Under the pieces are notes generated by a model. It had not been told where the DNA came from, did no database searches, and saw only the letters and a program-made list of their open reading frames with translations. 64,000 nucleotides of DNA. Origin: Thermoproteota archaeon (GTDB lineage Archaea > Thermoproteota > Thermoprotei > Gearchaeales > Gearchaeaceae). The DNA lies in assembly GCA_032249235.1 (NCBI GenBank), contig JAVVGF010000002.1, forward strand, positions 128,001 through 192,000, read 5' to 3'. Below, one piece after another: positions 1-9,008 of this stretch (position 1 is the first letter of the stretch; each line of letters starts with the position of its first letter). Made by a program: the position numbers and the translations under genes.

Positions 1-516
1 AAAATAGGTAGCATCTTAATTACAAAAGAAGAAAAGTTGGCTGGAATATTTACCCCTACTGATGCTTGTAAGGTGTATAGCGAAAATCCAATTCCTGGAT
101 TAAAAGTTAAAGATGTAATGAATAAGGATTTCGAAAAGATTAACAAAATATCTAGCATAAAAAAGATTATAGAGAAATTTAAAGGAGGAATAGACGTCTT
201 AATCGTCGAGGATAATAAAAAGCCTATCGGCGTGATAACTCTTTCAAGTATTGCTTATTTAGAAGAAGATGAATTTCTAAAAGGTAATCTTAAATATATA
301 AGAGGAACTTCAGAACATACTAAAGTAAGAGTAGATAAAACAGCAGCCGATATTATGTATGCAATAGATATTGCTATAAATGAAACAGATAGCGTATCTA
401 AAGCAGTAAACTACTTACTTAGTTATGATATACCAGCTTTACCAGTAATAAATGAAATTGGAGAAATAGTAGGTCTCATTTCGAAAAGAGATATTGTAGC
501 TTTGATTGCGAAATGA
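1..516 (+). CDS. CBS-domain protein, 5' truncated by window edge
   Basis: Frame open from base 1 (KIGSILITKEEKLAGIFT). Repeated CBS motifs: KVKDVMN, PIGVITLSSI, LPVINEIGEIVGLISKRDIV. Confidence 0.85.
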   Translation, partial: KIGSILITKEEKLAGIFTPTDACKVYSENPIPGLKVKDVMNKDFEKINKISSIKKIIEKFKGGIDVLIVEDNKKPIGVITLSSIAYLEEDEFLKGNLKYIRGTSEHTKVRVDKTAADIMYAIDIAINETDSVSKAVNYLLSYDIPALPVINEIGEIVGLISKRDIVALIAK

Positions 517-980
517 CTAAAATAATAGTAGATGGAATGCTAGGTAATGTTGCTAAATGGCTTAGATTATTAGGAATCGATACATACTACGAAAGAGACT
601 TAGAAGATGATAAATTGATAGAACTAGCAAGTAAATACAATGCGATTTTAATCACAGGAGATGAAGAATTAAGTTTTAAGGCGTTCAGAAAAAATATCAA
701 AGTTATACTTTTAAAAAATAAACTTACAAAAAAATACATGATTAAAAAGGTACTATCTGAGTTGAATATAAATAAAAATAATCTGGAAATTGGTTCTAGG
801 TGCATTCGTTGCAATAATTTACTTAAACCTATAGACAAAAATTTAATTTCTAATAAGTTACCTAAGAAGGTCATCGAGAATAACGATGAATTTTGGTATT
901 GCGATAAATGCGATAAAATATACTGGTATGGTTCTCACTGGAGGAATATAGAAAAAGAACTTAATGAAATATTAGCATAG
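513..980 (+). CDS. Mut7-C RNase (PIN-like, DUF82) domain protein
   Basis: IIVDGMLGNVAKWLRLLGIDT, ILITGDEEL, RCIRCN...FWYCDKCDKIYWYGSHW. Confidence 0.9.
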   Translation: MTKIIVDGMLGNVAKWLRLLGIDTYYERDLEDDKLIELASKYNAILITGDEELSFKAFRKNIKVILLKNKLTKKYMIKKVLSELNINKNNLEIGSRCIRCNNLLKPIDKNLISNKLPKKVIENNDEFWYCDKCDKIYWYGSHWRNIEKELNEILA

Positions 981-981
981 T

Positions 982-1626
982 ATGGCTTATTCAATTCAAA
1001 AAGGAGCTTTTCTTGTTAGATTAGCTAGGAGTACTGTTGAAGAGTACTTACGAACAAATAAACTAAAGAAGATGAAAATTGATGATGAAAAATTACTTGA
1101 GAAAAAAGGAGTTTTTACTACGATAGAAACGTTTGAAAAAATAGGAGATAGAATTAACAGAGAACTAAGAGGGTGTATCGGATTTCCCCAACCTATATAT
1201 GGGCTGGCTGAAGCTGTTATGAAATCAGCCTTGCTTGCTGCTTTTGAAGATCCAAGATTTCCTCCATTAGAAATTGATGAATTAAACAAGGTGACTTTTG
1301 AAGTTTCAATTCTCACAGAACCAAAGCTCCTAAATGTAGATAAAAAGGAAATTGTCAAGTACATCAAAGTAGGAAGAGACGGCTTAATAATTGAACATGG
1401 ACTTAATAGCGGCCTACTCTTGCCTCAAGTTGCTGTTGAAAACGAATGGGATGAGGAAACATTCTTGTGCAATGCATGCTTAAAAGCAAACCTGCCACCT
1501 GATGCATGGCTATGGAAAAAAACAAAAATTTATGTTTTTCAAGCTGAAATATTCGGTGAACTTGAACCTAATGGAAAAATAATAAAAAAGGAAATACACA
1601 AAAGAATTGAAAAGAATTTACTTTAG
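982..1626 (+). CDS. AMMECR1 family protein
   Basis: LRGCIG signature, AAFEDPRFPP, GLLLPQV. Confidence 0.93.
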   Translation: MAYSIQKGAFLVRLARSTVEEYLRTNKLKKMKIDDEKLLEKKGVFTTIETFEKIGDRINRELRGCIGFPQPIYGLAEAVMKSALLAAFEDPRFPPLEIDELNKVTFEVSILTEPKLLNVDKKEIVKYIKVGRDGLIIEHGLNSGLLLPQVAVENEWDEETFLCNACLKANLPPDAWLWKKTKIYVFQAEIFGELEPNGKIIKKEIHKRIEKNLL

Positions 1627-2761
1627 TATAAACGGTATAGGATATGGACACGCTTCGAGAATATTGCAATTAATTAAATTATTTCTTAAAAAAGGATATG
1701 CTATATATGTTTCAACATACAATGAAGGTTATATTTATCTTTCTAACTATTTTAAAAATATTTTCAAAACCAATGGAATAAATTATTATTTTGATGAGGA
1801 AGGTAAGTTATCTTTTAAGAAGACAATAGTATATGGTCTTCCAAAATTTTTAATCATATTTCCATTGCACCTTGCTTTAGAAATAAGAAATTTAAAAGAG
1901 ATTGATCCTGAATTGGTAATATCAGATAGTAGATTTTCAACCATACTAGCGAGTAAATTACTTAAGAAGAAAAGTTTCATAATAGTTAATCAACTTTACG
2001 TTGAAATACCGAGAATTGCACCGATGAATATTTTGTTAAGACATCTTAAACGATTATCAGAAAGAATATTTTTTGAACTATGGTTTTGGGCATGCAATAA
2101 ATCTGATCTAATATTAATTCCTGATTTTGAACCACCATTCACGATATCTAGCAATACTTTAGCTGTTAAAAGCTCTAAAGATTTGAAAAAGATCAAATTC
2201 ATAGGACCATTGATAAATGTTAATAACAATAGTACACAAAATAACTTTAATGCGATTCTAATAATGCCCTCAGGAACCATACAAGAAAGATTGATTGCCA
2301 TTAAAAGAATTCTACAAAATATTCATCCTTTAATTAATTCAAATATAAAATTTAGAATATTAACAGGTTTACATAAAATAAAAAAGATAACAAATAAAAA
2401 TATCGAAATTTTACCATGGATTGAAGAAGAGGAGTTGACGAATCTGATTTCCGAAGCTAAGCTTTTAATTTTGACTGGTGGGCATTCATCTATAATGAAA
2501 GCAATAGTTAATTCCAAGCCAATGCTATTTATTGTACCGAGAGCACATACCGAAAAACAAAAGAATGCTTTGAAAATTTCCCAGCTTGGTTGTGGCTTAA
2601 TGTTATATTTGGATGAATTAAATCCCGAATTTTTAAAAAATTCAGTAAATGAAATGATTCAAAATATAAATCAATATATTTCTAATGTAAATAAAATAAA
2701 ACAATATAATAAAAACATTGAGATTTTAAATATTATGAATATAAATTATGAGCAAAAGTGA
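1607..2761 (+). CDS. GT-B glycosyltransferase (MurG/GT28-like, MJ1255-type)
   Basis: GIGYGHASR N-terminal motif, VISD, GGHSSIMKA, VPRAHTEKQKNA. Confidence 0.8.
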   Translation: MKRIYFSINGIGYGHASRILQLIKLFLKKGYAIYVSTYNEGYIYLSNYFKNIFKTNGINYYFDEEGKLSFKKTIVYGLPKFLIIFPLHLALEIRNLKEIDPELVISDSRFSTILASKLLKKKSFIIVNQLYVEIPRIAPMNILLRHLKRLSERIFFELWFWACNKSDLILIPDFEPPFTISSNTLAVKSSKDLKKIKFIGPLINVNNNSTQNNFNAILIMPSGTIQERLIAIKRILQNIHPLINSNIKFRILTGLHKIKKITNKNIEILPWIEEEELTNLISEAKLLILTGGHSSIMKAIVNSKPMLFIVPRAHTEKQKNALKISQLGCGLMLYLDELNPEFLKNSVNEMIQNINQYISNVNKIKQYNKNIEILNIMNINYEQK

Positions 2762-3467
2762 TTTAATTTGTTCTTTTTTCATACCTTCCCAAATATATTA
2801 TATAAACGATACTAAAAATTTTAGTTTAATACCTATTAATAAAGGAGTAATTGGGTATATTAATAAAAGCGAAAACTTAGATCTTATAAATATTAAAGAT
2901 ATAAAAATACAATATGAGTTATATGAAATATTTAAAAGTCTATTTAAAAATACAAAATACGGCTTAATTATTTATAGTGAAGTACCTCTGTTATGGCAAT
3001 TTAATATAATACACGCTATAATCGTAGGGTTTACTTTATTTTCTGAATTCCAAGAAAATAAGGAAATATTAATTGATAAAGTGATAACAAAATGCGTTGC
3101 AATGGCTGCAGAGTTTGAGATATTTGATCTACCTTTTATTGCATACAAGTATAAAAGAGGAATTATATATAATAGAGAGAATAAAACGATTGACAGCTTA
3201 AAAAAGATTGATGTAGATTATTTTGTTATTAAATATGATGAAGATAAATATAAACTTAAATCGCTTGAAAATATTATATTTAAGAAAGAAAAAATTAATA
3301 GCTTCCAATTAATTAATATTAATAAATATAAAGTTTTAACTGCAAAAAATGAAAATCTTAAAGATGCAGTAGAACTTTTAATCAGACAAAGTGACGCTGA
3401 GAAAATTTTAGTAGCGCGTTACTATACGGAAGGAATTAAGTTTTACATTCACAATTCTAAGCTTTAG
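2748..3467 (+). CDS. Hypothetical protein, possibly a degenerate GHMP/pantoate-kinase-like fold
   Basis: 239-aa ORF in operon context. FFIPSQI and IIYSEVP weakly recall the pantoate kinase N-terminus, but the Gly-rich ATP loop is absent. Confidence 0.35.
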   Translation: MSKSDLICSFFIPSQIYYINDTKNFSLIPINKGVIGYINKSENLDLINIKDIKIQYELYEIFKSLFKNTKYGLIIYSEVPLLWQFNIIHAIIVGFTLFSEFQENKEILIDKVITKCVAMAAEFEIFDLPFIAYKYKRGIIYNRENKTIDSLKKIDVDYFVIKYDEDKYKLKSLENIIFKKEKINSFQLININKYKVLTAKNENLKDAVELLIRQSDAEKILVARYYTEGIKFYIHNSKL

Positions 3468-3514
3468 ACTTAAAACCGAGAGTTATTTATTTATTTTAAG
3501 CAAAAGAGATTATT

Positions 3515-5302
3515 TTGATGAGTTTACCTTATGCAGAGATTGTAAAAATTTATGATGAAATATCATCAACGACTAGTAGATTAGAGATCACAGATATTCT
3601 TGTTAGACTATTAAGAAAAACCAGCTTAGAGGAGGTTGATAAAGTCATATATTTAACCCAAGGTAAATTGTATCCAGATTACGTAGGTATAGAGCTCGGT
3701 GTTGCCGAAAAATTCATGGCAAGAGCTATTGCATTGGCATCAGGAGTTTCAACAGATAAAATTTTAGATATGTTAAAGAAAAAAGGAGATCTAGGGTTAG
3801 TAGCACAAGAAGTAATAAGCGGAAAAAAGCAAGCAGGTTTATTAGAATTCATTTCTGAGGCAAAGGAACAATTAACTGTTAAAGAAGTTTATGAAACATT
3901 AGATAAGGTTGCAAAAATTAGCGGCGAAGGTTCACAGGATTCGAAGGTAAGACTTTTAGCAGGCCTTTTAAAGAAAGCTACACCTAGTGAAGCAAAATAT
4001 ATTACGAGAACTGTACTCGGTACGTTGAGATTAGGTCTTGCTGATATGACGATACTTGATGCTATTGCAATAGCATATCTAGGTAGCAAAGATATGAGAC
4101 CTTTAGTAGAGAGAGCATACAATGTTTCAGGGGATTTAGGTTACGTTGCGAAAGTAGCATTAGAAAAAGGTAAAGAAGGATTGAAGGAAGTCAAAATACG
4201 AATAGGTATTCCTATACGACCAATGCTTGCTGAAAGGGCGAGTTCAGAAAAAGAGATATTTGATAGACTTGATCAGGCATTTATGGTTGAATATAAATAT
4301 GATGGTGAAAGAGTACAAATACATAAAGAAAAAGATAAATTCATTTTATTTTCAAGATCGTTAGAAAATATAACCCATCATTATCCTGATGTGATCGAAC
4401 ATATAAGAAACAATATTAACGCTGAAACAGCCATATTAGAAGGTGAAATTGTTGCAATACAAGAAAGTGGAGAAATGCTTCCTTTTCAAGAGTTGATGCA
4501 TAGAAGAAGAAAATATGATATAGAAAAGGCAGCAGAGGAATATCCTACAGTCGTTTTCTTATTCGATATACTCTACTTAGACGGTCAAGAATTGATTGAC
4601 TTACCTTTAAAAGAAAGAAGAGAAATTTTAGAGAAAGTTGTAAAGACAGATTATTGGATTAGGTTATCTGAAAAAAGATTTGCAAAAACGCCAGAAGAAT
4701 TATTGGAAATACTTAATGAAGCAGTTTCAGCTGGTTGCGAAGGATTAATGTGTAAATCACTAGCTAGCGATTCTGTTTATCAAGCAGGTTCTCGAGGATT
4801 TTTATGGATAAAGCTCAAAAGATCATATCAATCGAAAATGGTAGAACCAATCGATGTTTGCATAGTCGGAGGATTCTACGGTACAGGAAAAAGAGCAGGC
4901 AAGTTAGGAGGGTTATTAGTTGCAATTTATGATCCAAAAACTGATACTTTTAAAACGATTTGTAAGCTTGGAACTGGTTTCACAGACGAAGATTTAGAAA
5001 ATCTCCCAAAAATTTTAGAGCCTTATAAGATCGATCACCCACATCCTAGAGTTATAAGTAAAATAGAAGCAGATGTATGGTATACCCCTGCTAAAGTAAT
5101 TGAAATAATAGGTGATGAAATAACTATTAGCCCCATCCACACCGCTGCATATGATGTTATAGCCAAGAACGCAGGTTTAGCAATAAGATTTCCGAGATTC
5201 ACTGGAAGATTTAGAGACGACAAAAAACCAGAAGATGCAACTACAGAAGATGAAATAATTCGCATGTATAAAATGCAACTTAAGAAAATAGAAAGTGAGT
5301 AG
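3515..5302 (+). CDS. lig: ATP-dependent DNA ligase
   Basis: EYKYDGER adenylation motif, EGEIV, EGLMCK, WIKLK, IRFPRF. Confidence 0.97.
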   Translation: MMSLPYAEIVKIYDEISSTTSRLEITDILVRLLRKTSLEEVDKVIYLTQGKLYPDYVGIELGVAEKFMARAIALASGVSTDKILDMLKKKGDLGLVAQEVISGKKQAGLLEFISEAKEQLTVKEVYETLDKVAKISGEGSQDSKVRLLAGLLKKATPSEAKYITRTVLGTLRLGLADMTILDAIAIAYLGSKDMRPLVERAYNVSGDLGYVAKVALEKGKEGLKEVKIRIGIPIRPMLAERASSEKEIFDRLDQAFMVEYKYDGERVQIHKEKDKFILFSRSLENITHHYPDVIEHIRNNINAETAILEGEIVAIQESGEMLPFQELMHRRRKYDIEKAAEEYPTVVFLFDILYLDGQELIDLPLKERREILEKVVKTDYWIRLSEKRFAKTPEELLEILNEAVSAGCEGLMCKSLASDSVYQAGSRGFLWIKLKRSYQSKMVEPIDVCIVGGFYGTGKRAGKLGGLLVAIYDPKTDTFKTICKLGTGFTDEDLENLPKILEPYKIDHPHPRVISKIEADVWYTPAKVIEIIGDEITISPIHTAAYDVIAKNAGLAIRFPRFTGRFRDDKKPEDATTEDEIIRMYKMQLKKIESE

Positions 5303-5336
5303 ATATTTAGGTATTAAAATTAATAAAGTAGGGTAG

Positions 5337-5921
5337 ATGAGTGAAGAACAATTAAAAAAATTAATCGAATTAAAAAAGGAATTAGAGAATAAAAAAGCTA
5401 GTCTGGAAAAAGAACTCGAACTAATTAATTTTAACTTGAGCGTTATAAATGCAGCAATAACAGAAAGGAGTTTCGTAACTGCTGATACACTTCTTAAAAC
5501 CAAAGAGGAAAAAGTTGAACAAAAACCACTTCCTAAAGTTGAGGAGAAACCCAAACCTAATCTATTAAGATCAGAGAAGATGCTTGATATAGACGGTTTT
5601 GAACTAGCAACCTTAAACATATACGATGATAATCATATTGATATAATCCCCAATCCAGAAATCAAATTTAAAGAAGACATTTCACCGTTCAAGAATTTTC
5701 TAATCAAAAAAGTCTTTGAAGGTAAAAGGTCAAATGATATCGAAGAAGGAAGGCCGCCTGAGAAAGCATTTAATTACTCTCTAAAAAAAGATGATTTAGG
5801 AAATATAGTAGAAATAAGTCTTAAAAATATAGATGTACATAACGAACAAGAACTTAGGAGCTTGAATAGCTCACTGAAATGGACCTTCAAAAGAATTAGA
5901 GAAAAGCTAAAAGCTGTTTGA
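5337..5921 (+). CDS. Hypothetical protein with N-terminal coiled coil
   Basis: 194-aa ORF between ligase and phosphoesterase; coiled coil, SFVTAD, Pro-rich linker, globular C-terminal domain. Confidence 0.6.
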   Translation: MSEEQLKKLIELKKELENKKASLEKELELINFNLSVINAAITERSFVTADTLLKTKEEKVEQKPLPKVEEKPKPNLLRSEKMLDIDGFELATLNIYDDNHIDIIPNPEIKFKEDISPFKNFLIKKVFEGKRSNDIEEGRPPEKAFNYSLKKDDLGNIVEISLKNIDVHNEQELRSLNSSLKWTFKRIREKLKAV

Positions 5922-6673
5922 TGAAAGATATTAGAACAGTAGTCCTTAAAGAAGTAATACCTTTCAATGGAATACCTGCTGTTTATATTCCTTCTCTCAA
6001 TGCTACAGTAATAAGCGACTTACATTTAGGATATGAGGAAGAACTTGTAAAAAAAGGCATTTTACTAAAGAGAACCCAACTTGAAGAAATAATCAAAGAA
6101 ATTGATAAAATTCAAGAAACAATAAACACAAAAAAATTGATAATTAATGGAGACATAAGGCATGGGTTCGGTAAAATAACTAATGTTCAGAAAAAAGAAT
6201 TGGAAATTTTCTTATTGCATGCTTTCAATTATTACGAAACAATAATCGCTATAAGAGGAAATCATGATAATTATCTTAAGCCTATTCTAAAGAATTTTGG
6301 AATTGAACTATTAGAGTTCTTTTATGAAAAAGGAATTCTAATATTGCATGGACATAAAGAACAATTAAATTTGGTTAAAGACAGCGAGATAATTATAATT
6401 GGACATGAACACCCAGCTTTATTACTAAAAGATAACAATGGTCAATACAGTAAATTTCTATCATTTTTATTTTTACCTACAATTTTAGGTAATGTTTTAG
6501 TAATTTTACCACCATTCTCTAAGTACGCTGGCGGAAATATCTTCAATAAAGAAAGTTTGCTTTCTGAAATAACAAAGAAATATGCTTTAATCGAAGAGGG
6601 AATACCGTTTGTATTGTATGAAGGTTTAGGAACCGTTGAATTACCTAAGCTATCGTTACTAATCAATAGTTAA
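5918..6673 (+). CDS. Metallophosphoesterase (ICC/SbcD-like, COG1407 type)
   Basis: SDLHLG, NGD, GNHD, HGH, GHEHP motifs. Confidence 0.9.
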   Translation: MMKDIRTVVLKEVIPFNGIPAVYIPSLNATVISDLHLGYEEELVKKGILLKRTQLEEIIKEIDKIQETINTKKLIINGDIRHGFGKITNVQKKELEIFLLHAFNYYETIIAIRGNHDNYLKPILKNFGIELLEFFYEKGILILHGHKEQLNLVKDSEIIIIGHEHPALLLKDNNGQYSKFLSFLFLPTILGNVLVILPPFSKYAGGNIFNKESLLSEITKKYALIEEGIPFVLYEGLGTVELPKLSLLINS

Positions 6674-6699
6674 ATAGAGAAAATCTCATTAAATATTTC

Positions 6700-7086
6700 A
6701 TGAAATATAGATTGTTAGATATTTTGGCATGTCCAATATGCAAAAATTGGCCGTTGAAATTCATTGTTTTTAATGAAACTAGATATGAGTATAAGGATCT
6801 AAAAGTTAAAACGCCTTTTTGCAGAGATTATTGTGCCTTAAGACTTAATTATTTACAAAATATCAATATTGCAGAGCTTGATTGTACAGAATGCACAAAA
6901 AAAGAGATTACTGATGGAATCATTATTTGTGAGAGATGTAATAGATGGTACCCAATAATAGAAGAAATCCCCGTAATGCTACCCGATGAATTAAGAAAAG
7001 AAAAGGAAGATAAAGAGTTTTTAGAAAAATGGAAAGAAAAAGTACCTGAAAATATACTTAGGAATGGACTTCCGTATCATCTTTAG
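6700..7086 (+). CDS. trm112: Trm112 family methyltransferase activator (long Cys-rich form)
   Basis: LLDILACPICK...ICERCNRWYPIIEEIPVMLPD. Confidence 0.88.
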   Translation: MKYRLLDILACPICKNWPLKFIVFNETRYEYKDLKVKTPFCRDYCALRLNYLQNINIAELDCTECTKKEITDGIIICERCNRWYPIIEEIPVMLPDELRKEKEDKEFLEKWKEKVPENILRNGLPYHL

Positions 7087-7270
7087 TTTCTTCTCTGATA
7101 TCTATTAAAAAAGAACCTGAATAACCGCATACTGCACAGTAATATTGTTGAGGCATTAGCCATTCTAAAGAATGGAGTTTATAGATCTGTTTGCTACCAC
7201 ACACAGGGCAACATAAGTTATATTTACCGCCTCTTTTTGCATTCCTGAAAATATCTTTGAGCGACATCAA
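7058..7270 (-). CDS. Small Zn-ribbon protein
   Basis: CPVCGS...YYCAVCGY; start overlaps the stop of the SUI1 gene. Confidence 0.7.
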   Translation of the reverse strand: MMSLKDIFRNAKRGGKYNLCCPVCGSKQIYKLHSLEWLMPQQYYCAVCGYSGSFLIDIREETKDDTEVHS

Positions 7271-7584
7271 TCGACTAAAATAATATTTTCTTCAGGATAA
7301 CCTAGTGATTGTAAAATTTGTTTTACAGCTAATTTATGAGCCCCTTGTAATTCTATTCTACCATTTTTATAAGTTCCGCCACAAGCTAATTTAGATTTTA
7401 AATGTTTGGTTATTTCAGGAGCAGCATCCTCAGATATTCCTTCAATTACAGTTACGTCTTTACCGAATTTCCTTTTCTCTGATCTGATTTTTATTTTCCT
7501 TTGTTCTTTATCTAAACTCTCTAATATCTCTCCAATGGAAAATATGTCCTCTTCACCACCAGAGTTCAAAAGTTCACCACCCAT
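7267..7584 (-). CDS. sui1: Translation initiation factor aIF1 (SUI1)
   Basis: KRKFGKDVTVIEG, LKSKLACGGT, IELQG. Confidence 0.93.
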   Translation of the reverse strand: MGGELLNSGGEEDIFSIGEILESLDKEQRKIKIRSEKRKFGKDVTVIEGISEDAAPEITKHLKSKLACGGTYKNGRIELQGAHKLAVKQILQSLGYPEENIILVD

Positions 7585-7718
7585 GTTAATATTTCGCCTA
7601 GCGATACCATTCCAGTTCTTATTTTATAATTTCTCATCAGATAATCATACATTTCTAGAAGAAATATTTAAAGATTTCCTAATACAGATATATAAGTAAG
7701 CCAATAGGAGAAGTAGGT

Positions 7719-7874
7719 ATGGAATACGTTTGCATAAAATGTGGAAGGAAAATGACGTATCAGCAAATTAAAGAGAGAAGTATTACGGTAAGGAATTTTG
7801 CATGTATGTATTGTAACTCAAGAATACTTGTAAAAAGTAAAAGGCCTGCTGCAAAGATTGTTAGGGCTGACTAG
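7719..7874 (+). CDS. rpo12: DNA-directed RNA polymerase subunit Rpo12 (P); not in ORF track
   Basis: Hand translation MEYVCIKCGRKMTYQQIKERSITVRNFACMYCNSRILVKSKRPAAKIVRAD*: CxxC...CxxC-RILVK Zn-ribbon typical of RpoP; TATA-like TATATAAG and AGGAG upstream. Confidence 0.9.
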   Translation: MEYVCIKCGRKMTYQQIKERSITVRNFACMYCNSRILVKSKRPAAKIVRAD

Positions 7875-8760
7875 ACCATATTGTAGCCATACATTCAAGT
7901 AAAATTTTGGAAGCTAAAATAGCTGTATTGCCATTGTCGTAAAGAGGGGATACCTCGACTAGGTCTACACCTACTACTTTCCTCGATAACATACTCTTGA
8001 TAAGATTGAGAAATTCACTTAGAGATAAACCAAATGGTTCCGGATTACTAACAGCTGGAGCATAGGCAGGATCAAAGACGTCCATATCAATGGAAATATA
8101 GATTCTTGAAGAATTCTCTGTAGCACCTTTAATTTTTTGAATGCACTCATTAAAATTCTCTTTAATATATCTTATGTCGAGAATGTTGATGTTGTTATTT
8201 TCTGCAAACTTTCTTTCCTCCTTCGAAAACGCTCTTGCTCCAATTATAAATAGCTTAGCTGGTCTGAATTCTTCGTAAATTCTTCGTATCACTGTAGCAT
8301 GGCCATATTTTACTCCTGCTGGATATTCATCTCTTAAATCGAGATGAGCATCGAAAATAAATAAAGTATCAAACTTCATTCCTTTAAGAATTCCATATGT
8401 GATTGTGTGTTCACCCCCTATAGAAAGGAGAATTTTCTTCATCGAGACCGCTTCTTGAGAAATCGAAGTAATTCTTCTTAGTGCTTCTCTTATATCGAGA
8501 CCTATTAAATCTAAATCTCCTACATCGTAAAATTCAACATCTTCTAGAAACGTGGTAGATAAAAGGCTATTTGTTTCAATATTTATAGATGCTTCTCTGA
8601 TCGCAGATGGAGCAAACCGAGTCCCAGGCCTAAAGGTAGTTGTACTATCATAAGGCATTCCTACGATAATGAATAACGCATTTCTTGGAGATTTTTGAAT
8701 ACCGCCAAATTCCTTGTATGCTTTCGTGAGATATATCTGCGAATATTCAAAAATTGACAT
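7861..8760 (-). CDS. speB: Agmatinase
   Basis: GGEHTIT, DAHLD, SIDMDVFDP ureohydrolase motifs. Confidence 0.92.
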   Translation of the reverse strand: MSIFEYSQIYLTKAYKEFGGIQKSPRNALFIIVGMPYDSTTTFRPGTRFAPSAIREASINIETNSLLSTTFLEDVEFYDVGDLDLIGLDIREALRRITSISQEAVSMKKILLSIGGEHTITYGILKGMKFDTLFIFDAHLDLRDEYPAGVKYGHATVIRRIYEEFRPAKLFIIGARAFSKEERKFAENNNINILDIRYIKENFNECIQKIKGATENSSRIYISIDMDVFDPAYAPAVSNPEPFGLSLSEFLNLIKSMLSRKVVGVDLVEVSPLYDNGNTAILASKILLECMATIWSSQP

Positions 8761-9008
8761 ATTCTTATTTTAATTTTTACAAATTAATAATTGAAAAGTG
8801 CTATTATTCGCATAAGGATATCAAGCCATATTAAGATAGATATTAGCGAAGTTTATTCATTATAGGTGCAAAAAGTTTTGAAGGGAAAGAGAAAAGTAAG
8901 CAATCAACAATGAAAGAAGTATAAGGATTGCTATTCTTCTCGTTATGGTTTTCCCCTTAATTTTTTTAAGTAATAGTATATAAATTATTCGAGGAAGATA
9001 TTATTGAA

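Noticed and set aside
7566-7652. 28-codon upstream ORF overlapping the sui1 start
   Set aside because: Its ATG probably lies upstream of the likely TSS; no evidence of function, and such ORFs arise by chance.
8770-8970. Short hydrophobic minus-strand reading (TRRIAILILLSLLIAYFSLSLQ)
   Set aside because: No clear start codon and interrupted by stops; cannot be supported as a gene.
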